Positions 1-8,377 of a DNA stretch of 50,151 nt are shown piece by piece. This DNA is from an uncultured Mycobacteriales bacterium (GTDB taxonomy: Bacteria; Actinomycetota; Actinomycetes; Mycobacteriales; CADCTP01): the NCBI GenBank assembly GCA_902805565.1, contig CADCTP010000001.1:1-50151 (forward strand), in the 5' to 3' direction. How positions within the stretch are numbered: the stretch's first letter is position 1; each line of letters opens with the position of its first letter. The notes below the pieces were generated by a model. That model had not been told where the DNA came from, did no database searches, and saw only the letters and a program-made list of their open reading frames with translations. The translations under genes and the position numbers were made by a program.

Positions 1-71
1 CGCCCGCGCGCCGGACCGCCGGCCGGGGCGGGTGCCCGGTCGGCGGCGGCGGGGGCGGGGGGCGGCTCCAC
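1..71 (-). CDS. Possible 5' end of an iron ABC permease (runs off the window)
   Basis: GTG at 71 directly follows the binding-protein stop and opens a Pro/Ala-rich frame (MEPPPAPAAADRAP...). Identity is inferred only from usual operon order. Confidence 0.3.
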   Translation of the reverse strand, partial: MEPPPAPAAADRAPAPAGGPARG

Positions 72-1088
72 CTACAGCAGCCCGGCCTGCTGCATCAGCG
101 CCACCACCCGGGGGCCGTTGAGCGCGGCGATGTCCACCGCCGGCGGGTCCAGCTCGGACAGCGGCTTCAGCGCCGGGTTCGGCGCCACCCCGGTGCCGAC
201 CGGGTACTCCAGGGCGGCACTGGCGACCAGGGCGTCCTGGCCCGGCCGGCCGGTGAGGTAGGCGACCAGCTTCTGCGCGTCCTCGGCGTGCTTGCTGGAC
301 CTCAGCACGCCGGCGCCGGAGGTGCTGACGAACGCGCCCGGGTCCTGCTTGCCGAAGAAGTGCAGCTCGACGTTCTTGCTGTTGTCCCCGGACTCGGCCC
401 GGTCCTTGTACCAGTAGTAGTGGTACATCACCCCGGTGCGGACCTCGCCCGCGTTCACCGCGGCCATCACCGCGACGTTGCTGCGGTAGATCTTCGCGTT
501 GTCCTTCAGGCCCTTCAGCCAGGCCGCGGCGGCCTGCTCGCCCTCCAGCTCGACCACGGCGGACACGATCGCCTGGAAGTCCGCGCCGGCGGCCGCGATG
601 CCGACCTGGCCCTTCCAGGCCGGGTCGGCCAGGTCCATGATCGAGGCCGGCAGCCCGGACGCCGGCTGCCGCGCCGGGTTGTACGCGAGCACGGTGGACC
701 GGGCGGCGAACCCGATCCAGTCCTTCTCGGCGGACACGTACGGCGCCGGCACCTGCCCGGTGGTGTCCGGCCCCAGCGGCGCGAACAGACCGGCGTCGGA
801 CACCAGCGTCATCGCCGGCGAGTTCTCGGTGAGGAAGACGTCCGCCGGGGAGGCGGACCCCTCCTGCACCAGCTGGTTGCCCAGCTCGAAGTCACTGCCG
901 TTGCGCAGCGTGACGTTGATCCCGGTCTCCTTGGCGAAGCCGGACAGCATCGCGGTGACCAGGTCCTCGTGCTGGCCGCTGTAGACGATGAGCTCGGTGT
1001 CCGAGCCCCCGCCGAGCCCGCAGCCGGCCGACAGCGACAGCACGGCCGCTCCGACGACAGCCCCGACCGACCGACCGCGCCAGCGCAT
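72..1088 (-). CDS. Fe3+ ABC transporter substrate-binding lipoprotein (FbpA/FutA/AfuA family)
   Basis: Lipobox LSAGC; motifs LIVYSGQH, SPADVF, MYHYYW (tandem Tyr iron ligands), EYP; upstream IdeR box. Confidence 0.9.
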   Translation of the reverse strand: MRWRGRSVGAVVGAAVLSLSAGCGLGGGSDTELIVYSGQHEDLVTAMLSGFAKETGINVTLRNGSDFELGNQLVQEGSASPADVFLTENSPAMTLVSDAGLFAPLGPDTTGQVPAPYVSAEKDWIGFAARSTVLAYNPARQPASGLPASIMDLADPAWKGQVGIAAAGADFQAIVSAVVELEGEQAAAAWLKGLKDNAKIYRSNVAVMAAVNAGEVRTGVMYHYYWYKDRAESGDNSKNVELHFFGKQDPGAFVSTSGAGVLRSSKHAEDAQKLVAYLTGRPGQDALVASAALEYPVGTGVAPNPALKPLSELDPPAVDIAALNGPRVVALMQQAGLL

Positions 1089-1112
1089 GCGTTCCCCATC
1101 CTCGTCCAGAAG

Positions 1113-1131
1113 TTAGGGAAACCTTACCTGC
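1113..1131. promoter_or_regulatory. IdeR/DtxR/DmdR iron box
   Basis: TTAGGGAAACCTTACCTGC matches TWAGGTWAGSCTWACCTWA at 15/19 positions, about 25 nt upstream of the iron-binding protein start. Confidence 0.75.
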
Positions 1132-1157
1132 CACGGGGTGGGTCGGCGCCACCCCCG

Positions 1158-2015
1158 TCAGCGGGTGACCACCGCCACGTGCAGCGGGTGCGGCACCACC
1201 CAGCCCGGGCCGGGCAGCGCGATGTCCCGCAGGTGGGCCAGCAGCAGGGCCCGGGCCGCCGCCGGCAGCGCGCCGGTGCGGCCCTGGACCAGGAAGTCCA
1301 GCAGCTGCTCCCCGGTGCCGGCCGGGTCGGTCCGGACCGCGCCGAGGTCCAGCCGGCCGTCGATGACCGCCTCCCGGACCGTCAGGCCGCGGCCGGGCAG
1401 CTCGGCCCGGACGTCCTCGGCGAACCACTGGCGGTGCCCCTCGTGCGGGGCGACCGCGTCGGTCAGCACGCACAGCGGCTCCAGCGGCGCGGTCAGCGCG
1501 ACCAGCACGCCGCCCGGGCCGAGCCGGTCCAGCGCCCGGTCCAGCGCGGCGCCGACGTCGCCGACGTAGTAGAGCGAGTGCACGAAGTGGACCAGGTCGA
1601 CCGGCCCGGTGCCGGCGTCGGAGGCGAAGTCGGTGACCTGGACGGTGATGGTCAGGCCGGGCAGGCCCAGGCCGGCCAGCCGGGCCGCGACCGCGCCGGC
1701 CGACGGCGGGTGCGGCTCCACCCCGGCGTAGTCGACCCGGCGGCCGCCGGCGGCCAGCGCCGCGGCCAGCGGGCCGTCGACGCTGCCGTCGCCGACCCCG
1801 ACGCCCAGCACGGCGACCGGCCGGTCCCGGACGTGGGCGACCAGGGGTGGCAGCTCGGCGACCAGCCAGTCGCGCAACCGGCCGCGCTGGTCGCTGGCGG
1901 CCTCCCAGACGGCGTGCGTCTCGGCGTACCGCAGGGGGGTGAGGGCGGGGATCGGGGCACCGGCGACGATCGCCCTGAGCTGGACGAGTGTGTCGCTCCG
2001 TGATCGAGTGTGCAC
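1158..2015 (-). CDS. Class I SAM-dependent methyltransferase, histamine N-methyltransferase-like
   Basis: VLGVGVGDG motif I, YAGVEP, DLVHFVHSLYY, L.PGG. A TAGCTT -10 box lies 6 nt before the GTG (leaderless). Confidence 0.75.
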   Translation of the reverse strand: MHTRSRSDTLVQLRAIVAGAPIPALTPLRYAETHAVWEAASDQRGRLRDWLVAELPPLVAHVRDRPVAVLGVGVGDGSVDGPLAAALAAGGRRVDYAGVEPHPPSAGAVAARLAGLGLPGLTITVQVTDFASDAGTGPVDLVHFVHSLYYVGDVGAALDRALDRLGPGGVLVALTAPLEPLCVLTDAVAPHEGHRQWFAEDVRAELPGRGLTVREAVIDGRLDLGAVRTDPAGTGEQLLDFLVQGRTGALPAAARALLLAHLRDIALPGPGWVVPHPLHVAVVTR

Positions 2016-2085
2016 TTCCAGAAGCTACGGCCGAACGGCCCGCACCGCGCAGCGAGACCACCGGGGCTGTGGTTCAGTCGGGGGC

Positions 2086-3051
2086 GTGACCTCCAACCCG
2101 CACCTGTCCGCGGCCACCGCGGCCGGTGCCGCCGACCACGTCGACGTCGCCTGGGACCGCGGCAACGACCAGTGGTGGGACTGGTACATGTCGCTGGCGG
2201 ACAACCCGGCCGCCGCCGGCCCGCCGGTCGGCGGCCCGGCCCCGTACGCCGGCCCGCTGCCCTCCGACGACGCGGTCGCGGCCGAGCTGGCCACGCCGTA
2301 CGCGCTGTCCCGGGACGCCGTGGACTTCTTCGCCGCCGAGTCGTACGTGAAGCTGCCCGGCGTGCTGTCCGCGGGCACGGTCGCCCGGCTGCGGGCCCGG
2401 CTGCGCGAGCTGCTGGACGCGGCCGTCGACCCCGGGGTCGGCTTCCGGAGCCTGGAGATGATGTGGCTGACCGACCCGCTGGTGCGGGCGGCGGTGCTCT
2501 CGCCGCGGATCGGCGGGATCTGCGCCGCGCTGCTGCGGGTCGACCGGGTCCGGCTCTACCACGACAACGCGCTGTCCAAGGAGCCCGGCTCGGGCCGGAC
2601 GCCGTGGCACTACGACGCGCACCACTTCCCGCTGGACACCACCGACGTGGTGACCGCGTGGGCGCCGCTGCAGCCGACGCCGCGGGAGATGGGGCCGCTG
2701 GCCTTCGGCCGGGGGGCCGACACCTGGCGGCTGGCGGCCGGGATCCCGTTCGACAAGCACGGCACGACGTACGACCGGGCGGTGTCCGAGGCGTTCCGGG
2801 ACGCCGGGATCGCGGTCGAGGACGGGCCGTTCGCCGCGGGCGAGGTGAGCTTCCACTCCAGCCTGTGCATGCACACCGCCGCCGGCAACCGGACCGACGT
2901 GGCCCGGATGGTGCTGGCCACGACGTACTTCGCCGACGGTGCCCGGGTGGTGCCGGCCCCCACGATGATCAGCGGGGACTGGCAGAAGTTCGTGCCCGGG
3001 ACCGGGCCGGGCGAGGTCGTCGCCTCCGCGCGCAACCCGGTGGTCGGATGA
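2086..3051 (+). CDS. PhyH-family Fe(II)/2-oxoglutarate dioxygenase
   Basis: SKEPG, WHYD (HxD), distal His in FHSSLCMH, N.T..AR. Start set at GTG 2086 within ORF 1939..3051. Confidence 0.85.
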   Translation: MTSNPHLSAATAAGAADHVDVAWDRGNDQWWDWYMSLADNPAAAGPPVGGPAPYAGPLPSDDAVAAELATPYALSRDAVDFFAAESYVKLPGVLSAGTVARLRARLRELLDAAVDPGVGFRSLEMMWLTDPLVRAAVLSPRIGGICAALLRVDRVRLYHDNALSKEPGSGRTPWHYDAHHFPLDTTDVVTAWAPLQPTPREMGPLAFGRGADTWRLAAGIPFDKHGTTYDRAVSEAFRDAGIAVEDGPFAAGEVSFHSSLCMHTAAGNRTDVARMVLATTYFADGARVVPAPTMISGDWQKFVPGTGPGEVVASARNPVVG

Positions 3052-3854
3052 CCGGCGACACCGCCGACCGCAGCCTCGCGCACTGGAGCGAGGCCGGCCG
3101 GACCGGCATGGAGGCGTTCTACGCGCTGGCCACCGAGGACTACCGGCAGCTCGCCGCGGCCGCCGACTGGCCGGCCCGGCTGGCCGGGCGGGCGACCGGC
3201 GGCCGGGTCCGGCTGCTCGACGTCGCCTGCGGCAGCGGCAAGTGGCCGGCCGCGCTGCTCCGCTCGGGCCTGCCGGCCGAGCCGCGGATCGAGGTCGACC
3301 TGCTCGACCCGTCCGCGTTCAGCATCGCCGAGGCCCGCTCGGTGCTGGCCGCGCCGTTCGTCGCCGCCGCCGAGCACGAGGTGGGCATCGAGGACCTCGA
3401 TCCCGCCGCCGGACCGTACGACGTGGCCTGGGCGGTGCACGCGCTGTACGCGCTGCCGCCGGACCGGCTCGGCGCCGGGCTGGCCCGGATGGCGGCCGCG
3501 GTCCGGCCCGGCGGCCTGGGGATGGTGGCGCAGGCGACTGCGGCCTCGCACTACCTGCGGGTGTACGAGGCGTACCGGGCCGACCACGAGGCCACCCCGT
3601 TCACCAGCGCCGACCAGGTGCTGGCCGGGCTGCGCGAGCTCGGCGCGGACCCGGAGGTCCGGCTGCTGCGCTACCGCACCGGGTCGGCGGACCGGGCCGT
3701 CGTGGGGGGCTTCCTGCAGCGGTGCCTGTTCGACGACACGCTGCCGCTGGCCGCGATGGAGGCCGGCGGGCCGCTGGGCGACTACCTCGCCGGCTGCCGC
3801 GGCCCGGCGGGCTACTCCTTCGACCACGAGGTCGCCCTGATCACCTGGGGCTGA
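3048..3854 (+). CDS. Class I SAM-dependent methyltransferase
   Basis: LLDVACGSG, DLLDPS, YDVAWAVHALY, VRPGG. ATGA overlap with the PhyH gene. Confidence 0.85.
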   Translation: MTGDTADRSLAHWSEAGRTGMEAFYALATEDYRQLAAAADWPARLAGRATGGRVRLLDVACGSGKWPAALLRSGLPAEPRIEVDLLDPSAFSIAEARSVLAAPFVAAAEHEVGIEDLDPAAGPYDVAWAVHALYALPPDRLGAGLARMAAAVRPGGLGMVAQATAASHYLRVYEAYRADHEATPFTSADQVLAGLRELGADPEVRLLRYRTGSADRAVVGGFLQRCLFDDTLPLAAMEAGGPLGDYLAGCRGPAGYSFDHEVALITWG

Positions 3855-3872
3855 CCCGCTCACCCGGGCCGG

Positions 3873-3970
3873 CCGGCACGGCGCCGCCGGTCCGGGGCCG
3901 CGGTCAGGGGCCGCCGGCCCGCGGCGGCCGGTCAGGGGCCGCCGGTCGAGGGGCCGCCGGTCAGGGCCCG
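3873..3970. repeat. Degenerate ~14-nt tandem repeat (CCGGTCAGGGGCCG-like, ~7 copies)
   Basis: Units at 3873, 3887, 3901, 3914, 3928, 3942 and 3957. The last copy contains the DUF4032 stop codon. Confidence 0.65.
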
Positions 3971-5193
3971 ATGATCCCGCGCAGGCCGGAGTTGACCGTG
4001 AGGTCCTCCGGCACCGCGGGCAGCACCCCGGCGAAGTAGTCCTCCGCCGCGGCCGTCGTACCGACGTCCGTGCCCTTGGCCTCGGACAGGAACCAGCGGT
4101 GTTCGAGGATCTCGTGGAAGACCTCGGCATCGTCCAGCCGGCCCCGCAGGTGCTCCGGCATCGAGGCGATGACCGGCTCGTACACCTCGACCAGCCACCG
4201 GTTCGCCGCCGCCGCCTCCGGGACCCGCCGGGCCTCGCTCTGCTCCAGCCAGCCGCGGAAGCTGGCGATGTCGTTGAGCAGCCGGCGGGCCTGGTTCTCC
4301 TGGGCGTCGATCCCGGTGCGGGCGAACAGCAGCCGCCGGTGGTGCCCCGGCTCGGCGATCCGGGTCCGGACCCGCAGCCGGTTGCCGTCCGGGCCCTGCT
4401 CGATGTCCAGCTCGTCGACGTCGAAGCCGAGCGCGTTGAGCCGGCGCAGCCGCTCGGCGATGCGGTAGCGCTGGTCGCCGGGCTGCAGCAGCTCCTCCCG
4501 GGTCAGCTCGGTCCACAGCGCGTCGTACCGGACGAGGATCTGCTCGGCGACCAGCACCGGGTCCACGTCCTCGGGGAGCGACTCCGCGGCCTGCAGGTCG
4601 AACAGCTCGCCGCCGACCCGCTCGAAGGCCAGGTTCACGTCGTAGGAGCGCATGCCGTCCGACAGCGCCGGCCGCAGCTCCGCGGTCTCCGCGTCCACCA
4701 GGTACGCCGCGAACTGGCCGGCGTCGTGCCGGAACAGCGTGTTCGACAGCGAGCAGTCGCCCCACAGGAACCCGGCCAGGTGCAGCCGGACCAGCAGCTC
4801 GACCAGCGCGTCCAGCAGCCGGTCGGTGAGCTGCGCGCCGCGCGGGTTGGCGAAGAGGTTCCGGTACGGCGTGGAGTAGTCCAGGAACCGGGTGACCAGG
4901 CAGGAGTCCAGGCCCGGCCGGCCGGCGACCACGCCGAGCACCTCGACGGCCGGGATGCCCAGCTCCTGCAGCCGGCGCAGCAGCCGGTGCTCGCGCCGGG
5001 CGAGCCGCTCGTCGATCTCCTTGATGGCGAAGACCTCGCCGCCCTCGACCACGAACCGCACGACGTGCCGGGACAGCCCGCGCTGCCGGATCTCCACCAG
5101 CCGGTCGTCGGTCCAGTCCTCCAGCGGGATGTCCCAGGGGAGGGTCAGCAGGCCGGCGGCCGCCTCGGCCGGCGGCGTGAAGACGAAGTGCAC
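3961..5193 (-). CDS. DUF4032-domain protein with Kdo/LPS-kinase-like N-terminus
   Basis: LPWDIPLEDW, RGLSRHVVRF, AIKE, WGDCSLSN, LVDAE, HEILEHRWFLSE. Confidence 0.88.
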   Translation of the reverse strand: MHFVFTPPAEAAAGLLTLPWDIPLEDWTDDRLVEIRQRGLSRHVVRFVVEGGEVFAIKEIDERLARREHRLLRRLQELGIPAVEVLGVVAGRPGLDSCLVTRFLDYSTPYRNLFANPRGAQLTDRLLDALVELLVRLHLAGFLWGDCSLSNTLFRHDAGQFAAYLVDAETAELRPALSDGMRSYDVNLAFERVGGELFDLQAAESLPEDVDPVLVAEQILVRYDALWTELTREELLQPGDQRYRIAERLRRLNALGFDVDELDIEQGPDGNRLRVRTRIAEPGHHRRLLFARTGIDAQENQARRLLNDIASFRGWLEQSEARRVPEAAAANRWLVEVYEPVIASMPEHLRGRLDDAEVFHEILEHRWFLSEAKGTDVGTTAAAEDYFAGVLPAVPEDLTVNSGLRGIIGP

Positions 5194-5258
5194 GCCCGGC
5201 AGTGTCCCTCACGACCGGGGGACCACGCGCCGTCACACTCCCGGTACGCGTGGCAGTT

Positions 5259-5270
5259 ATGAACGTTCAT
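5259..5270. promoter_or_regulatory. Palindrome ATGAACGTTCAT, candidate LacI-family operator
   Basis: Perfect 12-bp palindrome with AACGTT core between the divergent DUF4032 and malE genes. Confidence 0.5.
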
Positions 5271-5290
5271 CGGTCGCGGTGACGCTCGGC

Positions 5291-5319
5291 TTGACAGGGT
5301 GGCCCACCGTGCCCATCCT
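5291..5319 (+). promoter_or_regulatory. Housekeeping-sigma promoter for the mal operon
   Basis: TTGACA-N17-CATCCT, about 110 nt upstream of the malE ATG. Confidence 0.5.
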
Positions 5320-5431
5320 TCGGCTAACCCTCCCCCGTGTCCTTCCTCGGTCAGCGTTCGAGCCCGACCCTCCGCCGCCGGCAGGACTTCCCGGCTGGAC
5401 GGTCCGCGCCCTTCGACAGGAGTGCCAGCAG

Positions 5432-6706
5432 ATGCACAGACAGCTCCCCAAGCTCCGCACGGCGGCGCTGCTCGCCGCGGTCACGCTCCTCGCGGCCGCG
5501 TGCGGCGGCGGCGGTGGCGACGAGCCCGCGCAGCAGCCGGCGGGCGGCGCGACCTCCGCCGCGTCCGGCGGCTCGCTGACGATCTGGGCGGACGAGGTCC
5601 GCAGCAAGTCGCTGTCCCCGCTGGCGAAGAAGTTCGGCGAGGACAACGGCGTGACGGTGTCGCTGCAGAGCATCCCGGGCGACAAGCTCCAGGCCCAGTT
5701 CGTCACCGCCTCGCAGGCCGGCAAGGCCCCGGACCTGGTGCTGGGCGCGCACGACTGGATCGGCAACCTGGTGCAGAACGGCGCGATCGACCCGGTCCAG
5801 CTGACCTCCGAGCAGTCGGCCGGCTTCAACCCGCTGGCGATCAAGGGCGTCACCTTCGACGGCCAGGTCTACGGGATCCCGTACGCGGTGGAGAACCTGG
5901 CGCTGTTCCGGAACACCGAGCTCGCCCCGGAGGCACCGGCCACCATCGACGAGATGCTGAAGGCCGGCAAGGCGCTGGTGGCGGCCGGCAAGACGCAGGA
6001 GGCCGTGGCCTGGCCGTCCGGCCCGACCGGCAACCCGTACCACGCGTACCCGTTCTACACCGCCGGCGGCGGCTACCTGTTCGGCACGACCGGCGACGGC
6101 GACTACGACCCCAAGGACCTCGGTCTGAGCAAGCCGGAGGGGCAGGCCGCGATGGCCAACTTCGCCAAGTACGGCGAGAAGGGCCAGGGCCTGTTCAAGC
6201 GGTCGATCACCGTGGACAACGACACCGCCCTGTTCACCGGCAAGAAGACCGCGTTCATGGTGGACGGCCCGTGGCGGGTCGCCGACCTGGACAAGTCCGG
6301 GGTCAAGTACGACGTCTCGCCGGTGCCCGGCTTCACCGCCGGCACCCCGGCCAAGCCGTTCGTCGGCGTCCAGTCGATGTACGTGGCCAGCAAGGGCAAG
6401 AACAAGGCCGTGGCCCAGGAGTTCGCGACGAACTTCTTCGCCACCGAGGAGGTCGCGGTCGCGCTCTACAAGGCCGACCCGCGGCCGCCGGCGCTGACCG
6501 CCGCCCTGGAGGCCGTCGCCACCGACAGCCCGACGCTGCAGAAGTTCCTGGACGCCGGCAAGGACGGCGACATCCTGCCGGCCATCCCGGAGATGGCCAC
6601 GGTGTGGGACCCGTGGGGCAAGGCCGAGGCCGCCATCATCGGCGGCGCGGACCCGGCGGGGGCCACCAAGGCGGCCGCCACCGCCATCGAGCGCCAGATC
6701 AAGTAG
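5432..6706 (+). CDS. malE: Maltose/maltodextrin ABC substrate-binding lipoprotein
   Basis: RBS AGGAG; lipobox LAAAC; LTIWAD, PDLVLGAHDWIGNLV, YGIPYAVE, GPW, PAIPEM. Confidence 0.88.
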   Translation: MHRQLPKLRTAALLAAVTLLAAACGGGGGDEPAQQPAGGATSAASGGSLTIWADEVRSKSLSPLAKKFGEDNGVTVSLQSIPGDKLQAQFVTASQAGKAPDLVLGAHDWIGNLVQNGAIDPVQLTSEQSAGFNPLAIKGVTFDGQVYGIPYAVENLALFRNTELAPEAPATIDEMLKAGKALVAAGKTQEAVAWPSGPTGNPYHAYPFYTAGGGYLFGTTGDGDYDPKDLGLSKPEGQAAMANFAKYGEKGQGLFKRSITVDNDTALFTGKKTAFMVDGPWRVADLDKSGVKYDVSPVPGFTAGTPAKPFVGVQSMYVASKGKNKAVAQEFATNFFATEEVAVALYKADPRPPALTAALEAVATDSPTLQKFLDAGKDGDILPAIPEMATVWDPWGKAEAAIIGGADPAGATKAAATAIERQIK

Positions 6707-6717
6707 TCGACCTCCGC

Positions 6718-6744
6718 GGGCCGGCCGGGATCCCCGGCCGGCCC
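6718..6744 (+). terminator. Intercistronic hairpin after malE (mRNA stabiliser or partial terminator)
   Basis: GGGCCGGCCGGG-ATC-CCCGGCCGGCCC, 12-bp stem. Confidence 0.55.
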
Positions 6745-6778
6745 GGCGGTACACCCGTCCCACGGCGAGGAGGCCGAT

Positions 6779-8377
6779 GTGGCGCATCCCGAGGACCTGG
6801 CCGGAGGTGGTGGCCGGCCCCGCTTCGGCCTCACCGCCTCCGGCACGGTGTCGCCCGTCGGCCTGATCGCCAAGATCCTGGTGCTCGGCGTGGTGGCCGC
6901 GATCGCGGTGTGGGGGGCGTTCCCGCTGATCGACCAGGAACGCTGGCTGCTGCTGGCGATCCTGGTGGCGGTGACCGTCCTGCTGTTCGCCGTCTACCTC
7001 TCGCCGCGGCACATCCCGCTGAAGTACCTGCTGCCCGGCACGCTGTTCCTGATCGTCTTCCAGATCGTGCCGGTGATCTACACGATCACCACCGCGTTCA
7101 CGAACTTCGGCGACGCGCACCGGGGGAGCAAGCAGGACGCGGTCACCGCCGTCCAGGCGGCCTCCGTCCGGCAGGTCCCGGGCTCCGCGCAGTACCTGCT
7201 GACGGTCGCCGCCGACGGCGACCCGGCCACCGGCGAGCTGGCCTTCCTGCTCACCGACCCGGCGACCGGCCGGTCCTTCCTGGGCACCCCGGACGGGCTG
7301 GAGGACCTGTCCGACGACGAGGTGACCCGCGCCGCCAACGGCCGGGTCACCGCCGCCGAGGGCTACACCGTGCTCACCGTCGCGCAGGCCGGGGCGCGCA
7401 GCGCCGCCGTCTCCGGCCTCAGCGTCCCGACCGACTCCGGGGCGATCAAGGCGCAGGGGCTGTCCCGGGCGTTCGAGGGCAGCCCGCAGCAGGCGTACGA
7501 CGCCGGCTGCGACTGCGTGCGGGACGCCACCACCGGCCGGACCTGGACCGCCGACGACTCCGTCGGCTACTTCGTCGACGCCGAGGGCAACAACCTCGCC
7601 CAGGGCTGGAAGGTCAACGTCGGCCTGCGGAACTTCGCCGACGTGCTGACCGACCCGGTGATCCGCGGGTCGTTCCTGTCGATCCTGCTGTGGAACTTCG
7701 CCTTCGCGTTCGGGGTGGTCGGGCTGACCTTCGCGCTGGGCCTGCTGGTCGCGATGGCGCTGAACTCCCCGGACCTGCGCGGCCAGCGGATCTACCGCTC
7801 GCTGATCATCCTGCCGTACGCGATGCCGGCGGTGGCGATGCTGCTGGTCTGGCGGGACATGTTCAACACCGACTTCGGCCTGATCAACCGGCTGTTCGGG
7901 CTGGACGTCAACTGGTTCGGCGACGCCTGGACCGCCCGGTTCGCGGTGCTGCTGGTGCAGCTGTGGCTGGGCTACAACTACATGTTCCTGGTCTCCACCG
8001 GCGCGCTGCAGGCGATCCCGAAGGAGCTGACCGAGGCGGCCTCGGTGGACGGCGCCACCCCGGCGTACGCGTTCCGGGCGATCACCTTCCCGCTGCTGCT
8101 GGTCGCGCTGGCCCCGCTGCTGATCTCGTCCTTCGCCTTCAACTTCAACAACTTCAGCGCGATCTACCTGGTCAGCGAAGGCAACCCGTTCCCGCCGGAC
8201 AACCCGCAGGCCGGCGCGACGGACATCCTCATCACTTACACCTACCGGCTGGCCTTCGGCGGCGCCGGGGCCGAGTACGGCTTCGCCGCCGCCGTGTCGA
8301 TCTTCATCTTCCTGATCGTGGCGGTCGTGTCGATCCTCGGCTTCCGCCGCACCCACGCGCTGGAGGAGATCAACTGA
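6779..8377 (+). CDS. malF: Maltose ABC permease, MalF type
   Basis: KYLLPG, large extracytoplasmic loop, EAA motif (LTEAASVDGA), FAFNFNNF, GATDILI. Confidence 0.9.
   Translation: MAHPEDLAGGGGRPRFGLTASGTVSPVGLIAKILVLGVVAAIAVWGAFPLIDQERWLLLAILVAVTVLLFAVYLSPRHIPLKYLLPGTLFLIVFQIVPVIYTITTAFTNFGDAHRGSKQDAVTAVQAASVRQVPGSAQYLLTVAADGDPATGELAFLLTDPATGRSFLGTPDGLEDLSDDEVTRAANGRVTAAEGYTVLTVAQAGARSAAVSGLSVPTDSGAIKAQGLSRAFEGSPQQAYDAGCDCVRDATTGRTWTADDSVGYFVDAEGNNLAQGWKVNVGLRNFADVLTDPVIRGSFLSILLWNFAFAFGVVGLTFALGLLVAMALNSPDLRGQRIYRSLIILPYAMPAVAMLLVWRDMFNTDFGLINRLFGLDVNWFGDAWTARFAVLLVQLWLGYNYMFLVSTGALQAIPKELTEAASVDGATPAYAFRAITFPLLLVALAPLLISSFAFNFNNFSAIYLVSEGNPFPPDNPQAGATDILITYTYRLAFGGAGAEYGFAAAVSIFIFLIVAVVSILGFRRTHALEEIN

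Noticed and set aside
5320-5431. Long malE leader as a riboswitch or sRNA
   Set aside because: No recognisable conserved RNA motif or terminator.
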